Shown: in pieces, positions 24,275 through 35,139 of the stretch | Position numbering within the stretch: position 1 is the first letter of the stretch | Layout of the letters: each line of letters begins with the position of its first letter | DNA from: Rubrivivax sp. | GTDB lineage: Bacteria; Pseudomonadota; Gammaproteobacteria; Burkholderiales; Burkholderiaceae_C | NCBI GenBank assembly: GCA_022842825.1 | Contig: JALHOU010000004.1 | Location: 1 to 63,262 of the forward strand | Length of the DNA: 63,262 bases | Direction: 5' to 3' | Position numbers and translations under genes: made by a program | Notes under the pieces: model-generated | The model's database searches: none | What the model was told of the DNA's origin: nothing | What the model saw: only the letters and a program-made list of their open reading frames with translations

Positions 24275-24688
24275 ATGACGACCCCCAGGCTCTTCAATCC
24301 CGCCACGTCCCCCAACCCGGCCGGCCACTACAGCCACGCCGCGGTCGGCAGCGGCCTCGTCTTCATCGCTGGCCAGTTGCCCATCGCCCCCGACGGCCGG
24401 CGGCTCACCGGCGAGCCCTTCGACACGCAGGCGCGGCAAGTGCTCGCCAACGTCAAGGCGGCGCTCGAGGCCGCAGGCTCGGCGGTGCCGCAGTTGCTGC
24501 AGGTGCGCGTGTACCTCACCGACATCGCGCACTGGAGCGCCTTCAACGCGGTCTACGCCGACTGGGCCGGGACCCATCGGCCGGCACGTGCCGTGGTGCC
24601 GGTGCCAACCTTGCATCACGACTTGCTGCTCGAAGTGGAGGCGGTGGCATTGGCAGATGCAGGCCCTGGGCCTGCAACCCCGCCATGA
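24275..24688 (+). CDS. RidA/YjgF family enamine/imine deaminase
   Basis: GHYSHA, FIAGQLP, VYLTD, FNAVY, RPAR, LEVEAVA. Confidence 0.92.
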   Translation: MTTPRLFNPATSPNPAGHYSHAAVGSGLVFIAGQLPIAPDGRRLTGEPFDTQARQVLANVKAALEAAGSAVPQLLQVRVYLTDIAHWSAFNAVYADWAGTHRPARAVVPVPTLHHDLLLEVEAVALADAGPGPATPP

Positions 24689-25074
24689 GCGGCCGCCAAC
24701 GCTTCCGCCGCCGGCCCGACCAGGCCGTTGCCGCGGTGCAGTTGAACCTGGAGACCGACGGCCTGCGCTACCGCAAGTGGGGCCACGAGCAGGCGGCCAA
24801 GCCGGGCGACTGGCTGGTCGACAACGGCGGCGATGTCTACACCGTCGATGCCGAGACGTTCGCGCGCACCTACCGGGCGGTGGGGCGCGGCGCCTACCTG
24901 AAGAGCACGCCCGTGTGGGCCGAGCGCGCGGCGACGGCAGGCCGCGTGACGACGAAGGAGGGCGCCACCGACTACGCCGCGGGCGACTGGCTCGTCAGCA
25001 ACCGCGAGGATGGCGGCGATGCCTACGCCATCACGGCGGCCAGGTTCGAGGCGCTCTACGAGCCGGACGAATGA
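24685..25074 (+). CDS. Hypothetical protein with two PGDYG-like repeats
   Basis: KPGDWLV...VYTVDAETFARTY and AGDWLV...AYAITAARFEALYEP; ATGA overlap with the RidA gene. Confidence 0.75.
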   Translation: MSGRQRFRRRPDQAVAAVQLNLETDGLRYRKWGHEQAAKPGDWLVDNGGDVYTVDAETFARTYRAVGRGAYLKSTPVWAERAATAGRVTTKEGATDYAAGDWLVSNREDGGDAYAITAARFEALYEPDE

Positions 25075-25153
25075 GACGTGGGTCTGAATCCACTTCACGA
25101 TTTCTCGATCGGCAATCGGTCTGGGTTGGGTCGCACTCCAACGAACGGTGGCG

Positions 25154-25270
25154 GGACCGGGCCGACGGGGTGCCCTGCGCCGCGAATGTCCTCTCTGGGC
25201 GGCCCTGCTTCGCAGGTCCCCCCAATGCCCCCTTGATTTCGCTGCGCAGGGCACCCCATCGGCCCGATCC
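25154..25270 (-). repeat. 117-nt long-hairpin element, copy 2 (inverted)
   Basis: Minus strand reads GGATCGGGCCGATGGGGTGCCCTGCGC-A-GCGAAATCAAGGGGGCATTGGGGGGACCTGCGAAGCAGGGCCGCCCAGAGAGGACATTCGC-G-GCGCAGGGCACCCCGTCGGCCCGGTCC. Confidence 0.9.
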
Positions 25271-25349
25271 GGAACCAGCGGCGGCGCGCCATCGTCCCGA
25301 GCCGGCACCACCGGCGCCGCGCCATCTTCGAGGACAAACCCCGGTGCCA

Positions 25350-25464
25350 CGCCAAGGATGCCGGGTGGCCGACGTAGCGAAATCAAGGGGGCATCCGGGG
25401 GACCAGCGAAGCTGGGCCGCCGGAAGAGGACATTCGCGGAGCCGGCCACCCGGCGTCCTTGGCG
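25350..25464 (+). repeat. Long-hairpin element, copy 3
   Basis: Same core (GCGAAATCAAGGGGGCATCCGGGGGACCAGCGAAGCTGGGCCGCCGGAAGAGGACATTCGC) flanked by different 22-bp arms CGCCAAGGATGCCGGGTGGCCG / CGGCCACCCGGCGTCCTTGGCG. Confidence 0.9.
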
Positions 25465-25614
25465 CGCCACGACTGTCGGCACGCGGGCGCGGGATCGCGA
25501 GGGATCGCGAACGAAGCCCAACGCCCGCGAATTCGCATCTCTCATGTCGTTGAACGCAAACGCGCATCAACGCGCATGCGGCCGGTGCGCCCACCGCGCA
25601 GGGGTGCAGCCCGG

Positions 25615-26934
25615 TCAGGCAAACCGCTGCGGGCAAAACGGCACCAAGTCCAGCCCCGGGTCGCGCCCTGCGACCAGCGCCTCCACCACCTCCGCAGTGG
25701 CGGCCGATTGCGTGAGCCCGAGGTGGCCATGGCCGAACGCATAGAGCACGCGCGCATCGTCGCGCGCAGTGCCGATGGCCGGCAGCGAGTCGGGCAGCGA
25801 CGGGCGAAAGCCCATCCATCGCGTGCCGCCCTCGACGCGCAGCGCCGGCAGGAAGCGGCGCGCCTTGGCCAGCAGCGCATCAGTGCGGCGGAAGTCGGGT
25901 GGTGCCTGCAGCCCGGCCAGCTCCACCGCGCCGCCGACGCGCACGCCGCCGGCGATCGGCGTGACAACGAAGCCGTGGCCCGGGAAGGTGAGCTGCCGGC
26001 GCAGGTCGAACGCGCCTGACGGCAGCGTGGTGTTGTAGCCCCGCTCGGTTTCGAGCGGGATGCGCTCGCCCAGCGAACGCGCGAGCTGGTGCGACCAGGC
26101 CCCGGCCGCCACGACGACGCGGCGCGCCTTCAACGCCGCGCCGCCGGCGAGATGCACGGCGACGGCCTCGGCGCCGGGCGCCAGTGCTTGTGCTGCCGCC
26201 CGATGCAGCATCGCCCCGCGCGCCATGCAGTGCGCGGCGATGCGGCGCACGAGGCGATGCGGATCCTCGATCGTCGCCCAGCCGGGCACGAAGGTGGCCG
26301 CCACGAAAGCCGGGCTGAGACCGGGCTGCCACTTCGCGATCGCCAACGGCCCGTGCGCGTGCTCGAAGGCGATGCCGTGTTCGGCGCGTTGCTGCCAGCC
26401 GGGCAGCGAGGCACGCCATTCGGCCTCGCTCTCGTAGAGGTGCAGGTTGCCGTCCTCGTGCAGCATCGGCAGCGCGTCGATGGCGGCCAGCAGCCGCGGT
26501 GTGGCCGCAGCCGAGAGCTGGTTGAGGGCCACCTGCGCCGCCGTGCTGGCCGCCACACGCGCCGGCTGGCTGGCGCGCCAGAAGCGCCACAGCCAGGGCG
26601 CGATGCGCGGCAGGTAGGCCGGGCGCAGCGCCAGCGGGCCGAGCGGATCGAACAGCCAGCGTGGCACCTGGCGCATGATGCCGGGCGAGGCGAGTGGCTG
26701 GATGTCGGAGAAGGCATAGGCGCCCGCATTGCCGCGGCTGGCGCCGGCGGCAACGCCTTCGCGGTCAATCACGAGCACGCGGCGCGCCGGCTCGGCCCGC
26801 AGCAGGCGCAGCGCGATCGACAGGCCGATGACGCCGGCGCCGATGACGATGACATCGTGGACCACGTCACCCGCTCCGGGCGGCAGCGCCGGCAGCGGCG
26901 CATCCGCGGCGATCTCCGGCAGGGCTTCGCTCAT
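25615..26934 (-). CDS. FAD-dependent D-amino acid dehydrogenase, probable D-hydroxyproline dehydrogenase
   Basis: VIGAGVIG, ASRGNAG, ERGY, WMGFRP, FGHGHLGLT; downstream of the Hyp epimerase. Confidence 0.85.
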   Translation of the reverse strand: MSEALPEIAADAPLPALPPGAGDVVHDVIVIGAGVIGLSIALRLLRAEPARRVLVIDREGVAAGASRGNAGAYAFSDIQPLASPGIMRQVPRWLFDPLGPLALRPAYLPRIAPWLWRFWRASQPARVAASTAAQVALNQLSAAATPRLLAAIDALPMLHEDGNLHLYESEAEWRASLPGWQQRAEHGIAFEHAHGPLAIAKWQPGLSPAFVAATFVPGWATIEDPHRLVRRIAAHCMARGAMLHRAAAQALAPGAEAVAVHLAGGAALKARRVVVAAGAWSHQLARSLGERIPLETERGYNTTLPSGAFDLRRQLTFPGHGFVVTPIAGGVRVGGAVELAGLQAPPDFRRTDALLAKARRFLPALRVEGGTRWMGFRPSLPDSLPAIGTARDDARVLYAFGHGHLGLTQSAATAEVVEALVAGRDPGLDLVPFCPQRFA

Positions 26935-27004
26935 GGCCCCGGCACCGCCGCGCTCACGGCCGAACCCGAGGCGGCAGGCCTGTCCGCGGCGCCGGCCGCG
27001 GCCA

Positions 27005-27979
27005 TCACGCCGTCGGGGACCCCAGGCCCCACGCGAACGGATCCTGCGGGTCGAAGACCACCTGCGCGTCCAGCGTCACGTGGGCGCGGCCGTGGATGAA
27101 CGGCAGCACGGCGGCGCCCCCGTCGGCGGGCTGTTCATAGCGCGCGGCGAAGACGCTGCCGATCACGCTTTCCTGGTGCCACACCTGGCCGGGCGCCAGC
27201 GTGCCCTCGGCCGCCAGGCAGGCGAGCTTGGCACTGGTGCCCGTGCCGCAGGGCGAGCGGTCGTAGGCGCCGCCCGGGCACAGCACGAAGCTGCGGCCGT
27301 GATGGCCCGGCTGCTGCGGCGGGCCAAGCAGCTCGATGTGGTCGATCTCCTTGCCCTCGGCGCCAGTGATGCCTGCCAACGTCAGCGCCTGGCGCACGCG
27401 GCCGGAGAACGCGAGCAGCGCCGGAATGTTGTCGGGCGTCAGCGCCAGGCCGTGGTCGTGGCACAGGAAGAACCAGTTGCCGCCCCAGGCCACATCGCCG
27501 TGCACGCGGCCGTGGCCGGGCACGTCAAGCGCGATGTGGCTGGCGTGGCGCCACGCCGGCACGTTGGCCACCGTCACGCCGCCGTCGGCATGCAACTCGG
27601 CGCGCACCGTGCCCACCGGCGTGTCGATGGCGTGCACCCCCGGCGCCACGCGGCCGAGATAGGCCAGCGTGGCCATGAGGCCGATGGTGCCGTGGCCGCA
27701 CATGCCGATGAAGCCGACGTTGTTGAAGTAGATGACGCCGCAATGACTGCCGGGCTGCACCGGTGGCGTGACGATGCCGCCGACGATGACATCGTTGCCG
27801 CGCGGCTCGGTGGCCAGCGCGCGTCGCCAGTGGTCGTGCTCGCTGCGGAAGCGCGCCAGCCGCTCGGCCATCGTGCCGCCGCCCAGCTCCGGGCCGCCGC
27901 TCACGATGAGGCGCGTGGGCTCGCCGCCGGTGTGCGAGTCGATGATGCGGGTGGCGGGGGGTTTGGCAGGCTGGTTCAT
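27005..27979 (-). CDS. 4-hydroxyproline 2-epimerase (proline racemase family)
   Basis: [16 protein letters not shown] and [11 protein letters not shown]; both catalytic Cys present. Confidence 0.92.
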   Translation of the reverse strand: MNQPAKPPATRIIDSHTGGEPTRLIVSGGPELGGGTMAERLARFRSEHDHWRRALATEPRGNDVIVGGIVTPPVQPGSHCGVIYFNNVGFIGMCGHGTIGLMATLAYLGRVAPGVHAIDTPVGTVRAELHADGGVTVANVPAWRHASHIALDVPGHGRVHGDVAWGGNWFFLCHDHGLALTPDNIPALLAFSGRVRQALTLAGITGAEGKEIDHIELLGPPQQPGHHGRSFVLCPGGAYDRSPCGTGTSAKLACLAAEGTLAPGQVWHQESVIGSVFAARYEQPADGGAAVLPFIHGRAHVTLDAQVVFDPQDPFAWGLGSPTA

Positions 27980-28761
27980 GGAGAGCCTCTCTTGCGCGCC
28001 GCGCGCGGCGTGCGCGGTCCGGCGGGTGGACTGGCAGGTGGACTCGCTGCGGCGCCGGCCTCGGCACGGACGGCCGTTGCGGTCCGTTCGGCGCGTTCGT
28101 GCGACCGCGGCCGCAGCAGGCGGTGCAGGTCGCGGCGCACGCTTTCGATGTGGGCCACGAGGTACGCCGAAGCCTCGTCGACGCGCCCGTCGCGGCACAG
28201 CGTGATGAGCTTGCGGTGTTCGCGCTGCGCGCGCGCCAGCGCCGGCTCGCGGTTCAGCTGCACGCGGGTGTAGCGGTCGCTCGCCTGCAGCAGCTGGCCG
28301 ACGATGCCCAGCGTGCGCGGCAGCGCCGCCTGCCGGTACAGGCTCAGGTGCAGCCGGGCGTTGAGCTCGCCCCAGCGCGCCACGTCGTGCCGCGCGATGG
28401 CCTCGGCAAAGGCGGCATCGAGGCCGACCACCTCTTCGTAGTCGGCCGCCGTCAGCCGGGGCACCGAGCGCCGCAGCAGCCGCGGCTCGAGCATCACGCG
28501 CAGGTCGAAGACATCGTCGATCTCGTCGGCCGCGAAGCCGGCCACGATGGCGCCCTTGTGCGGCTCGATGCGCACCAGGCCCTCAGCCTCGAGTTGGAAC
28601 AGCGCCTCACGCACGGGAATGCGGCTGACCCCGAACTCGGCCGCCAGCGCATCCTGCCGCAGCTGCGTGCCGGCGGCATGGCGGCCGGCCAGGATGGCCT
28701 GGCGCAACTGCTCGACGATGGCCGAGGAGAGCGTGCGGTGGGTGAGGCGTGGCGACGACAC
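27976..28761 (-). CDS. GntR/FadR (FCD) transcriptional regulator
   Basis: [24 protein letters not shown] domain (N..LH, EH); GTG start inferred. Confidence 0.88.
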   Translation of the reverse strand: MSSPRLTHRTLSSAIVEQLRQAILAGRHAAGTQLRQDALAAEFGVSRIPVREALFQLEAEGLVRIEPHKGAIVAGFAADEIDDVFDLRVMLEPRLLRRSVPRLTAADYEEVVGLDAAFAEAIARHDVARWGELNARLHLSLYRQAALPRTLGIVGQLLQASDRYTRVQLNREPALARAQREHRKLITLCRDGRVDEASAYLVAHIESVRRDLHRLLRPRSHERAERTATAVRAEAGAAASPPASPPAGPRTPRAARKRGSP

Positions 28762-28811
28762 GGCGGCATGGATGTCGGTGGCTGCGGGTTGACCCCGCCC
28801 TTGCGATGTCG

Positions 28812-28823
28812 ATTGTATAAAAT
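28812..28823. promoter_or_regulatory. Putative GntR operator ATTGTATAAAAT
   Basis: Near-palindrome (ATTGTATACAAT with one mismatch) in an AT-rich patch between the divergent GntR and DapA-family genes. Confidence 0.5.
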
Positions 28824-28930
28824 GTACGATAGCACTCCAAGCTCCGGCCACCCCTGGCCCCGCCGCTCCCCGCGGCCGCCCCGCCGACCCGACACCAGCC
28901 CCCACGTTGCCGCCCCCAGAGGATCCAACC

Positions 28931-29854
28931 ATGAGCGCACGCATCGCCTGGCAGGGCGTGTTCCCCGCCGTCACCACCCAGTTCCGCGAGGACTTCTCGC
29001 TCGACATCGACGCCACGGCCAAGGTCATCGACGGCCTCATCCGCGACGGCGTCTCCGGCCTCATCGTCTGCGGCACGGTAGGCGAGAACACCTCGCTGGC
29101 GCAGGCCGAGAAGATCCAGGTGATGGAGGCGGCCAGGAGCGTGGCCGCCGGCCGCGTGCCGGTGATCTGCGGCATCGCCGAGTTCACCACCGCCTTTGCC
29201 ATCGAGACCGCGCGCGCCGCAGCACAGGCGAAGGTGGACGGCATCATGGTCATGCCGGCACTCGTCTACTCGGCCAAGCCGCACGAATCGGCGGCGCACT
29301 TCCGCGCCGTGGCCAAGGCCACCGACCTGCCGGTGATGGTCTACAACAACCCGCCCATCTACAAGAACGACATCACGCCGGACATCCTGGCCAGCTTGGC
29401 GGACTGCGACACCATCGTCTGCTTCAAGGACAGCTCGGGCGACACGCGCCGCTTCATCGACACGCGCAAGCGCGTCGGCGAGCGCTTCGTGCTCTTTGCC
29501 GGCCTGGACGACGTGGTGGTCGAGAGCGTTGCCATGGGCGCGGTCGGCTGGGTGAGCGGCATGAGCAATGCCTTCCCGCGCGAGGGCGAGACGCTCTTCC
29601 GCCTCGCGCGCGCCGCGCGTTATGCAGAGCTGATGCCCTTGTACGAATGGTTCATGCCGCTCCTGCACCTGGACGCTCGCCCTGACCTCGTGCAGTGCAT
29701 CAAGTGGTGCGAGCACCGCATGGGCCGCGGCACTTGGCGCACGCGGCCGCCGCGGCTGGCCCTGCAGGGCGAGGACCTCGCGCATGTGCAGCGCGTGATG
29801 GACGAGGCGCTCGCCAAGCGCCCGGCGCTGCCCGACGTGGGGCTGCCGCGCTGA
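28931..29854 (+). CDS. DapA-family protein, probable delta1-pyrroline-4-hydroxy-2-carboxylate deaminase
   Basis: GVFPAVTT, CGTVGE (variant of GTTGE), YNNP, FKDSSGD; adjacent to the Hyp epimerase and dehydrogenase. Confidence 0.85.
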   Translation: MSARIAWQGVFPAVTTQFREDFSLDIDATAKVIDGLIRDGVSGLIVCGTVGENTSLAQAEKIQVMEAARSVAAGRVPVICGIAEFTTAFAIETARAAAQAKVDGIMVMPALVYSAKPHESAAHFRAVAKATDLPVMVYNNPPIYKNDITPDILASLADCDTIVCFKDSSGDTRRFIDTRKRVGERFVLFAGLDDVVVESVAMGAVGWVSGMSNAFPREGETLFRLARAARYAELMPLYEWFMPLLHLDARPDLVQCIKWCEHRMGRGTWRTRPPRLALQGEDLAHVQRVMDEALAKRPALPDVGLPR

Positions 29855-29921
29855 GCCGGCCGGGCGTGCGTACCGGCGCCTGACCCCGCCCGGCGATGAG
29901 ACCGATGACCCACCCTCGCCC

Positions 29922-30728
29922 ATGAGCACCCCCGCTGCCCCGTCCGAGCGAGCGCTGGACGCCTGGCTGGCCTTCGCGCACGAACTGGCCGACGCGGCGC
30001 ATGCGCTGCTCGCCCCGGCCGCGACGCTGCGGCCCGAGGTGGAGGTGAAGGCCGACCGCAGCTTCGTCACCGCGCTGGATGCGCAGATCGAGGCACGCCT
30101 GCGCGAGATGATCGCCGCGCGCCATCCAGCGCATGGCATGCTCGGCGAGGAGCAGGGCGCCAGCCGCACTGACGCGGAGTGCGTCTGGGTGCTCGACCCG
30201 ATCGACGGCACCGCCCCCTTCGTTGCCGGCGTGCCCGTCTTCGGCACCCTCATCGCGCTGGCCGTGGCCGGCGTGCCGGTGCTGGGCGTGATGCACCTTC
30301 CGGTGACGAACCAGCGCTACGTGGGCGTGGTGGGCCGCGCCAGCACGCTCGACGGCCAGCCGCTACGCACACGCCCCTGCGCCGATCTGCGCCAGGCCAT
30401 CCTCACCACCAGCAACCCCGACTTCTTCAACGCCGGCGAGCGCCCAGCGCTGGCGGCGCTGCGCCAGCGCACGGCCTGGCGCATCTACGGCGGCTGCTGC
30501 ATGAGCTATGGCCTGCTGGCCGCCGGGCGCACCGATGTCGCCATCGACACCGGCCTGAAGACCTACGACTACGCGCCCTTCCGCCCGCTCATCGAGGGCG
30601 CCGGCGGCCTCATCACCGACTGGCAGGGCCGGCCGATCACGCTCGCCAGCGGGCCGCAGATCCTCGCTGCCGGTGATGGGCAGCGCCACGCCGAGGCGCT
30701 GGCGCTGGTGCAGCGCGCACTGGCCTGA
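29922..30728 (+). CDS. Inositol monophosphatase family protein (HisN-like)
   Basis: VT..D, GEE, WVLDPIDGT, YDYA motifs. Confidence 0.9.
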   Translation: MSTPAAPSERALDAWLAFAHELADAAHALLAPAATLRPEVEVKADRSFVTALDAQIEARLREMIAARHPAHGMLGEEQGASRTDAECVWVLDPIDGTAPFVAGVPVFGTLIALAVAGVPVLGVMHLPVTNQRYVGVVGRASTLDGQPLRTRPCADLRQAILTTSNPDFFNAGERPALAALRQRTAWRIYGGCCMSYGLLAAGRTDVAIDTGLKTYDYAPFRPLIEGAGGLITDWQGRPITLASGPQILAAGDGQRHAEALALVQRALA

Positions 30729-30743
30729 AGCCACGCCACCTCC

Positions 30744-31825
<1,082 letters not shown>

Positions 31826-31829
<4 letters not shown>

Positions 31830-33484
31830 CCGGGCGCGCAACGTTCGACTGGCGCTCGCCCTGGCCGTGGCTGACGCTCGCGGCCTTGGCGCTGCTGGTG
31901 GTCTTCCTGCTCGTGCCGCTGGCCAATGTCTTGCTCGGCAGCTTCGGCGGCGGCGCGGGCGCGAAGTCCGGCTGGGCCCAGGTGGCCACGGACCCGAAGG
32001 TGCCGCAGGCCGTGCTCAACACCGTGGTGCTCGGTGTCGTCGTCACGGTGCTGGCGCTCGCCATCGGCGTGCCGCTGGCCTGGTTCACGGCGCGCTTCGA
32101 CTTCCCCGGCAAGGGCGTCGTCGCCGTGCTGCCGCTGGTGACGCTGGTGGTGCCCGAGGTCATCGCGGCGCAGACCTGGCTCATGATCGTCGGCAACAAC
32201 GGTCTCGTCACGCGGGCGCTCGCCGAGCACGGCCTCACGCTGCCCAGCTTCTACGGCTGGACGGGCCTGGTGACGGTGATGACCTTCACCTACTACACCT
32301 ATGTCTACATCGGCACGCTGGCGGCCATCCGCGGCTTCGACGTGCAGCTGGAGGAAGCAGCGCAGAGCCTGGGCACGACGCCGGCGATGTCGCGCCTGAA
32401 GGTGATGCTGCCGGTGGTGCTGCCCGCGGTGCTGGCGAGCGCGCTGCTCGTCTTCACGCTCGTGGTGGGCAACTTCGCGGTGGCGATGGTGCTGTCGAAC
32501 AAGGTGCCGCTGCTGTCGGTGCTCACCTACCAGGCGACGGTGTCGGAAGTGGGCTCCAACCCGACGATGCAAAGCACGCTGGCGACCATCTCCGTGGCCA
32601 TCGTGATGCTCGTGCTGTTCGCGCAGCGCTGGATCGTCGCGCGCGGCCGGCGCGAGGTGATGCAGGGCCGCAGCGCCGTCGCACGGCGGCTCACGGGCTG
32701 GCGCGGCAAGGGGCTCGGCGCGGCGGCCGCCCTGGTGGTCGCCGTCTCGCTGCTGCCGGTGGCCAGCATCGTCGTCGGCGCCTTCACGCAGGCGCGCGGC
32801 CCGGTGATGCGTTGGGGCCAGTGGACGACGGCACACCTGGAACGCGTGTTCACGCGTGCCATCGATCCGCTGCTCAACACGCTCGCCTATGCGGGCATCG
32901 CCACCCTCGTCGGCATCACGCTGGCGGTGCTCATCAGCTACCTCGTCGTGAAGAAGCGCAACGCCCTCACGCCTGTGCTCGACTACCTCACCGCGCTGCC
33001 GCTGGCGCTGTCGGGCACGGTCATCGGCATCGGCCTGGTGATGAGCTTCAACACCGGCTGGCTGCCGCTTACCGGCACCGGCGCCATCATCGTGCTGGCC
33101 TACGTGGTGCGGCGGCTGCCCTTCGGCATGCGCAACGCCTCGAGCACGCTGTACAACATCCCCGATTCGATCGAGGAAGCCTCCATCAGCCTCGGCGTGC
33201 CACCCGTGAAGACGTTCCTGCGCGTCGTCTTGCCGATGATGCTGCCGGCCATCGTGGCCGCGGCGGTGCTGACCTGGACCACCACCGTCGCCGAGCTCAG
33301 CGCCAGCATCATCGTCTACTCGGGCGGCCGTGAGACGATGCCGATCCAGATCTTCCGCCTTATCGACAGCGGGCTGATGGCGCAGGCCTCGGCCTACGGG
33401 CTGCTGCTGATCGCGGTGATCGTGCTGCCGATCATCGTGGCCACGCGGCTGTTCCGCATCGACCTCTTCGCCTCGCGTGCCTGA
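31826..33484 (+). CDS. ABC transporter permease (fused double domain, FbpB/AfuB type)
   Basis: Two EAA motifs (LEEAAQSLG, IEEASISLG), about 12 TM segments. Confidence 0.93.
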
Positions 33485-33529
33485 GGCACCGTTCCAAACC
33501 CTCGAAACAATCCCTCGAAGGAGACCGCC

Positions 33530-34534
33530 ATGACCCACACCGTCAACCGCCGCACCGCCGTCGCCGGCCTCGGCGCCACGCTCGCCCTGCCCGCGGGCTT
33601 CGTGCGTGCGCAGTCGGGCAGCGTCGTCATCTACACCTCCAACAACCAGCAGGCCTTCGAGGCGGTGGTGGAGACAGCGGGCAAGCGGCTGCCGGGCGTG
33701 AAGCTCTCGGCCATCACCGGCGGCTCGGGCCAGCTGCTGCGCCGGCTCGAGGCCGAGGCGGCCAAGCCGCAAGGCGACGTCTTCTGGAGCAGCTCGGCCA
33801 ACACGCTGGGCGCCTTCAAGGCGCTGTACGAGCCCTACCGCTCGCCCGAACTGGCGGCCATCCCGGCCGCCCTGCACCACCCGCAGAACCTGTGGTCGGC
33901 GGCCAACGTGCACGTGGCCGTGGCGATGGTCAACACCAAGCAACTCGGTGGCGGCGCCGCACCCAGGACCTGGGCCGACCTGCTGGACGCGCGCTTCAAG
34001 GGCAAGATGATCATCGCCGACCCGGCCAACAGCAGCACCGCGCTCACCATCCTGTGGGGCGTGGAGAAAATGCTGGGCGCCGACGGCCTGAAGCGCCTGG
34101 CCGGCAACGTCAAGGTCACCAGTGCAGCCGCCACGGTGCTGCGCAGCGTCGGCCAGGGCGAGTTCGCAGTCGGCCTCACGTTCGAGTCCAACGCCTATGC
34201 CTACGTGGCCGGCGGGCAGAAGGAGATCAGCCTCGTCTACCCAAGCGACGGCACCTTCACGACGCCGGAGTTCTTCGCGCTGATGAAGGGCGCCCCGGCG
34301 GGCGAGCTGGCCAAGAAGGTCTGCGACCACCTGCTGAGCAAGGAAGCGCAGACCGAGCTGCTGCTGGCCGCCTACCGGCGCCCGGCGCGCAGCGACATCG
34401 ATGTCGCCAAGCTCGTGCAGCTGCCGCCCATGAGCGGCATCAAGGTCTTCCCCATCGACGAGGAGGAGGCGGCGGCCAGGCGCGGCGACTTCCTCAAGCG
34501 CTGGCAGGCGCTGGCGGCGGCGGCCGGCAACTGA
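33530..34534 (+). CDS. ABC transporter substrate-binding protein (FbpA/AfuA type), Tat-like signal
   Basis: NRRTAVAG signal, VIYTS, P.TWADLLD, DPANSST. Confidence 0.9.
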   Translation: MTHTVNRRTAVAGLGATLALPAGFVRAQSGSVVIYTSNNQQAFEAVVETAGKRLPGVKLSAITGGSGQLLRRLEAEAAKPQGDVFWSSSANTLGAFKALYEPYRSPELAAIPAALHHPQNLWSAANVHVAVAMVNTKQLGGGAAPRTWADLLDARFKGKMIIADPANSSTALTILWGVEKMLGADGLKRLAGNVKVTSAAATVLRSVGQGEFAVGLTFESNAYAYVAGGQKEISLVYPSDGTFTTPEFFALMKGAPAGELAKKVCDHLLSKEAQTELLLAAYRRPARSDIDVAKLVQLPPMSGIKVFPIDEEEAAARRGDFLKRWQALAAAAGN

Positions 34535-34579
34535 CGGGCGCGCCGACGGCGCTGGGGCGCATGCCGACCCGCACTGCCG

Positions 34580-35131
34580 CTACTCCAACCCCAGCGCCAC
34601 CCGCGCCTCGTACTCCCGGTCCAGCAGGCTCATCACGACGAGCGTGTCGTAGCCGGCGCTGTCGCCGAGCGCGCCCACGCCCATCAACCGCACACTCTCG
34701 CGCAGCCGGCCTTCCTCGACGAAGCCCTCGCTCGCGTACAGCGCCAGCGCGCGCGTGTTCAGCGACTTCACATCCAGCCAGAATCGGTGCGCGTGCAAGT
34801 CGCGGAAGGCCATGCGCTTGAGCAGGCGCACGCAGGCGCGGCCGAGCCCGCGGCCGTGGCCGCCGGGCTGCAGCACGATGCGCTTGAGCTCCACGCTGCG
34901 GTGCGGATTGCGGCAACCCTGCAGGATGACGAAGCCGTCGCGCGAACCGTCGGGGCCGGCCTCGACGATGAAGTGGCGGAAGTCCGGGATGCGCACCGCC
35001 GCCTCGTGCTGCGTACGCTCCCATGGCGTGATGAACGGCAGGTTGCGCGCATCGGTCTCCACCGTCTGCACGAACTCGAGGTCCGACAACAGGGTCGGGC
35101 GAAGGCGCAGCGGCGGCGAGGCGGCGGTCAC
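34580..35131 (-). CDS. GNAT N-acetyltransferase
   Basis: HGRGLG motif A; LDV...N.RA..LY...GF..EG.LR. Confidence 0.88.
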   Translation of the reverse strand: MTAASPPLRLRPTLLSDLEFVQTVETDARNLPFITPWERTQHEAAVRIPDFRHFIVEAGPDGSRDGFVILQGCRNPHRSVELKRIVLQPGGHGRGLGRACVRLLKRMAFRDLHAHRFWLDVKSLNTRALALYASEGFVEEGRLRESVRLMGVGALGDSAGYDTLVVMSLLDREYEARVALGLE

Positions 35132-35139
35132 CGCAGCAC

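Noticed and set aside
25154-25464. CRISPR array or classical MITE
   Set aside because: Only two long inverted copies, with no repeat-spacer periodicity and no cas genes. The termini differ between copies, unlike the conserved TIRs of a MITE.
28931-29854. Second true dapA
   Set aside because: The GTVGE motif and Hyp-cluster context point to the deaminase. The canonical dapA is at 41935 beside bamC.
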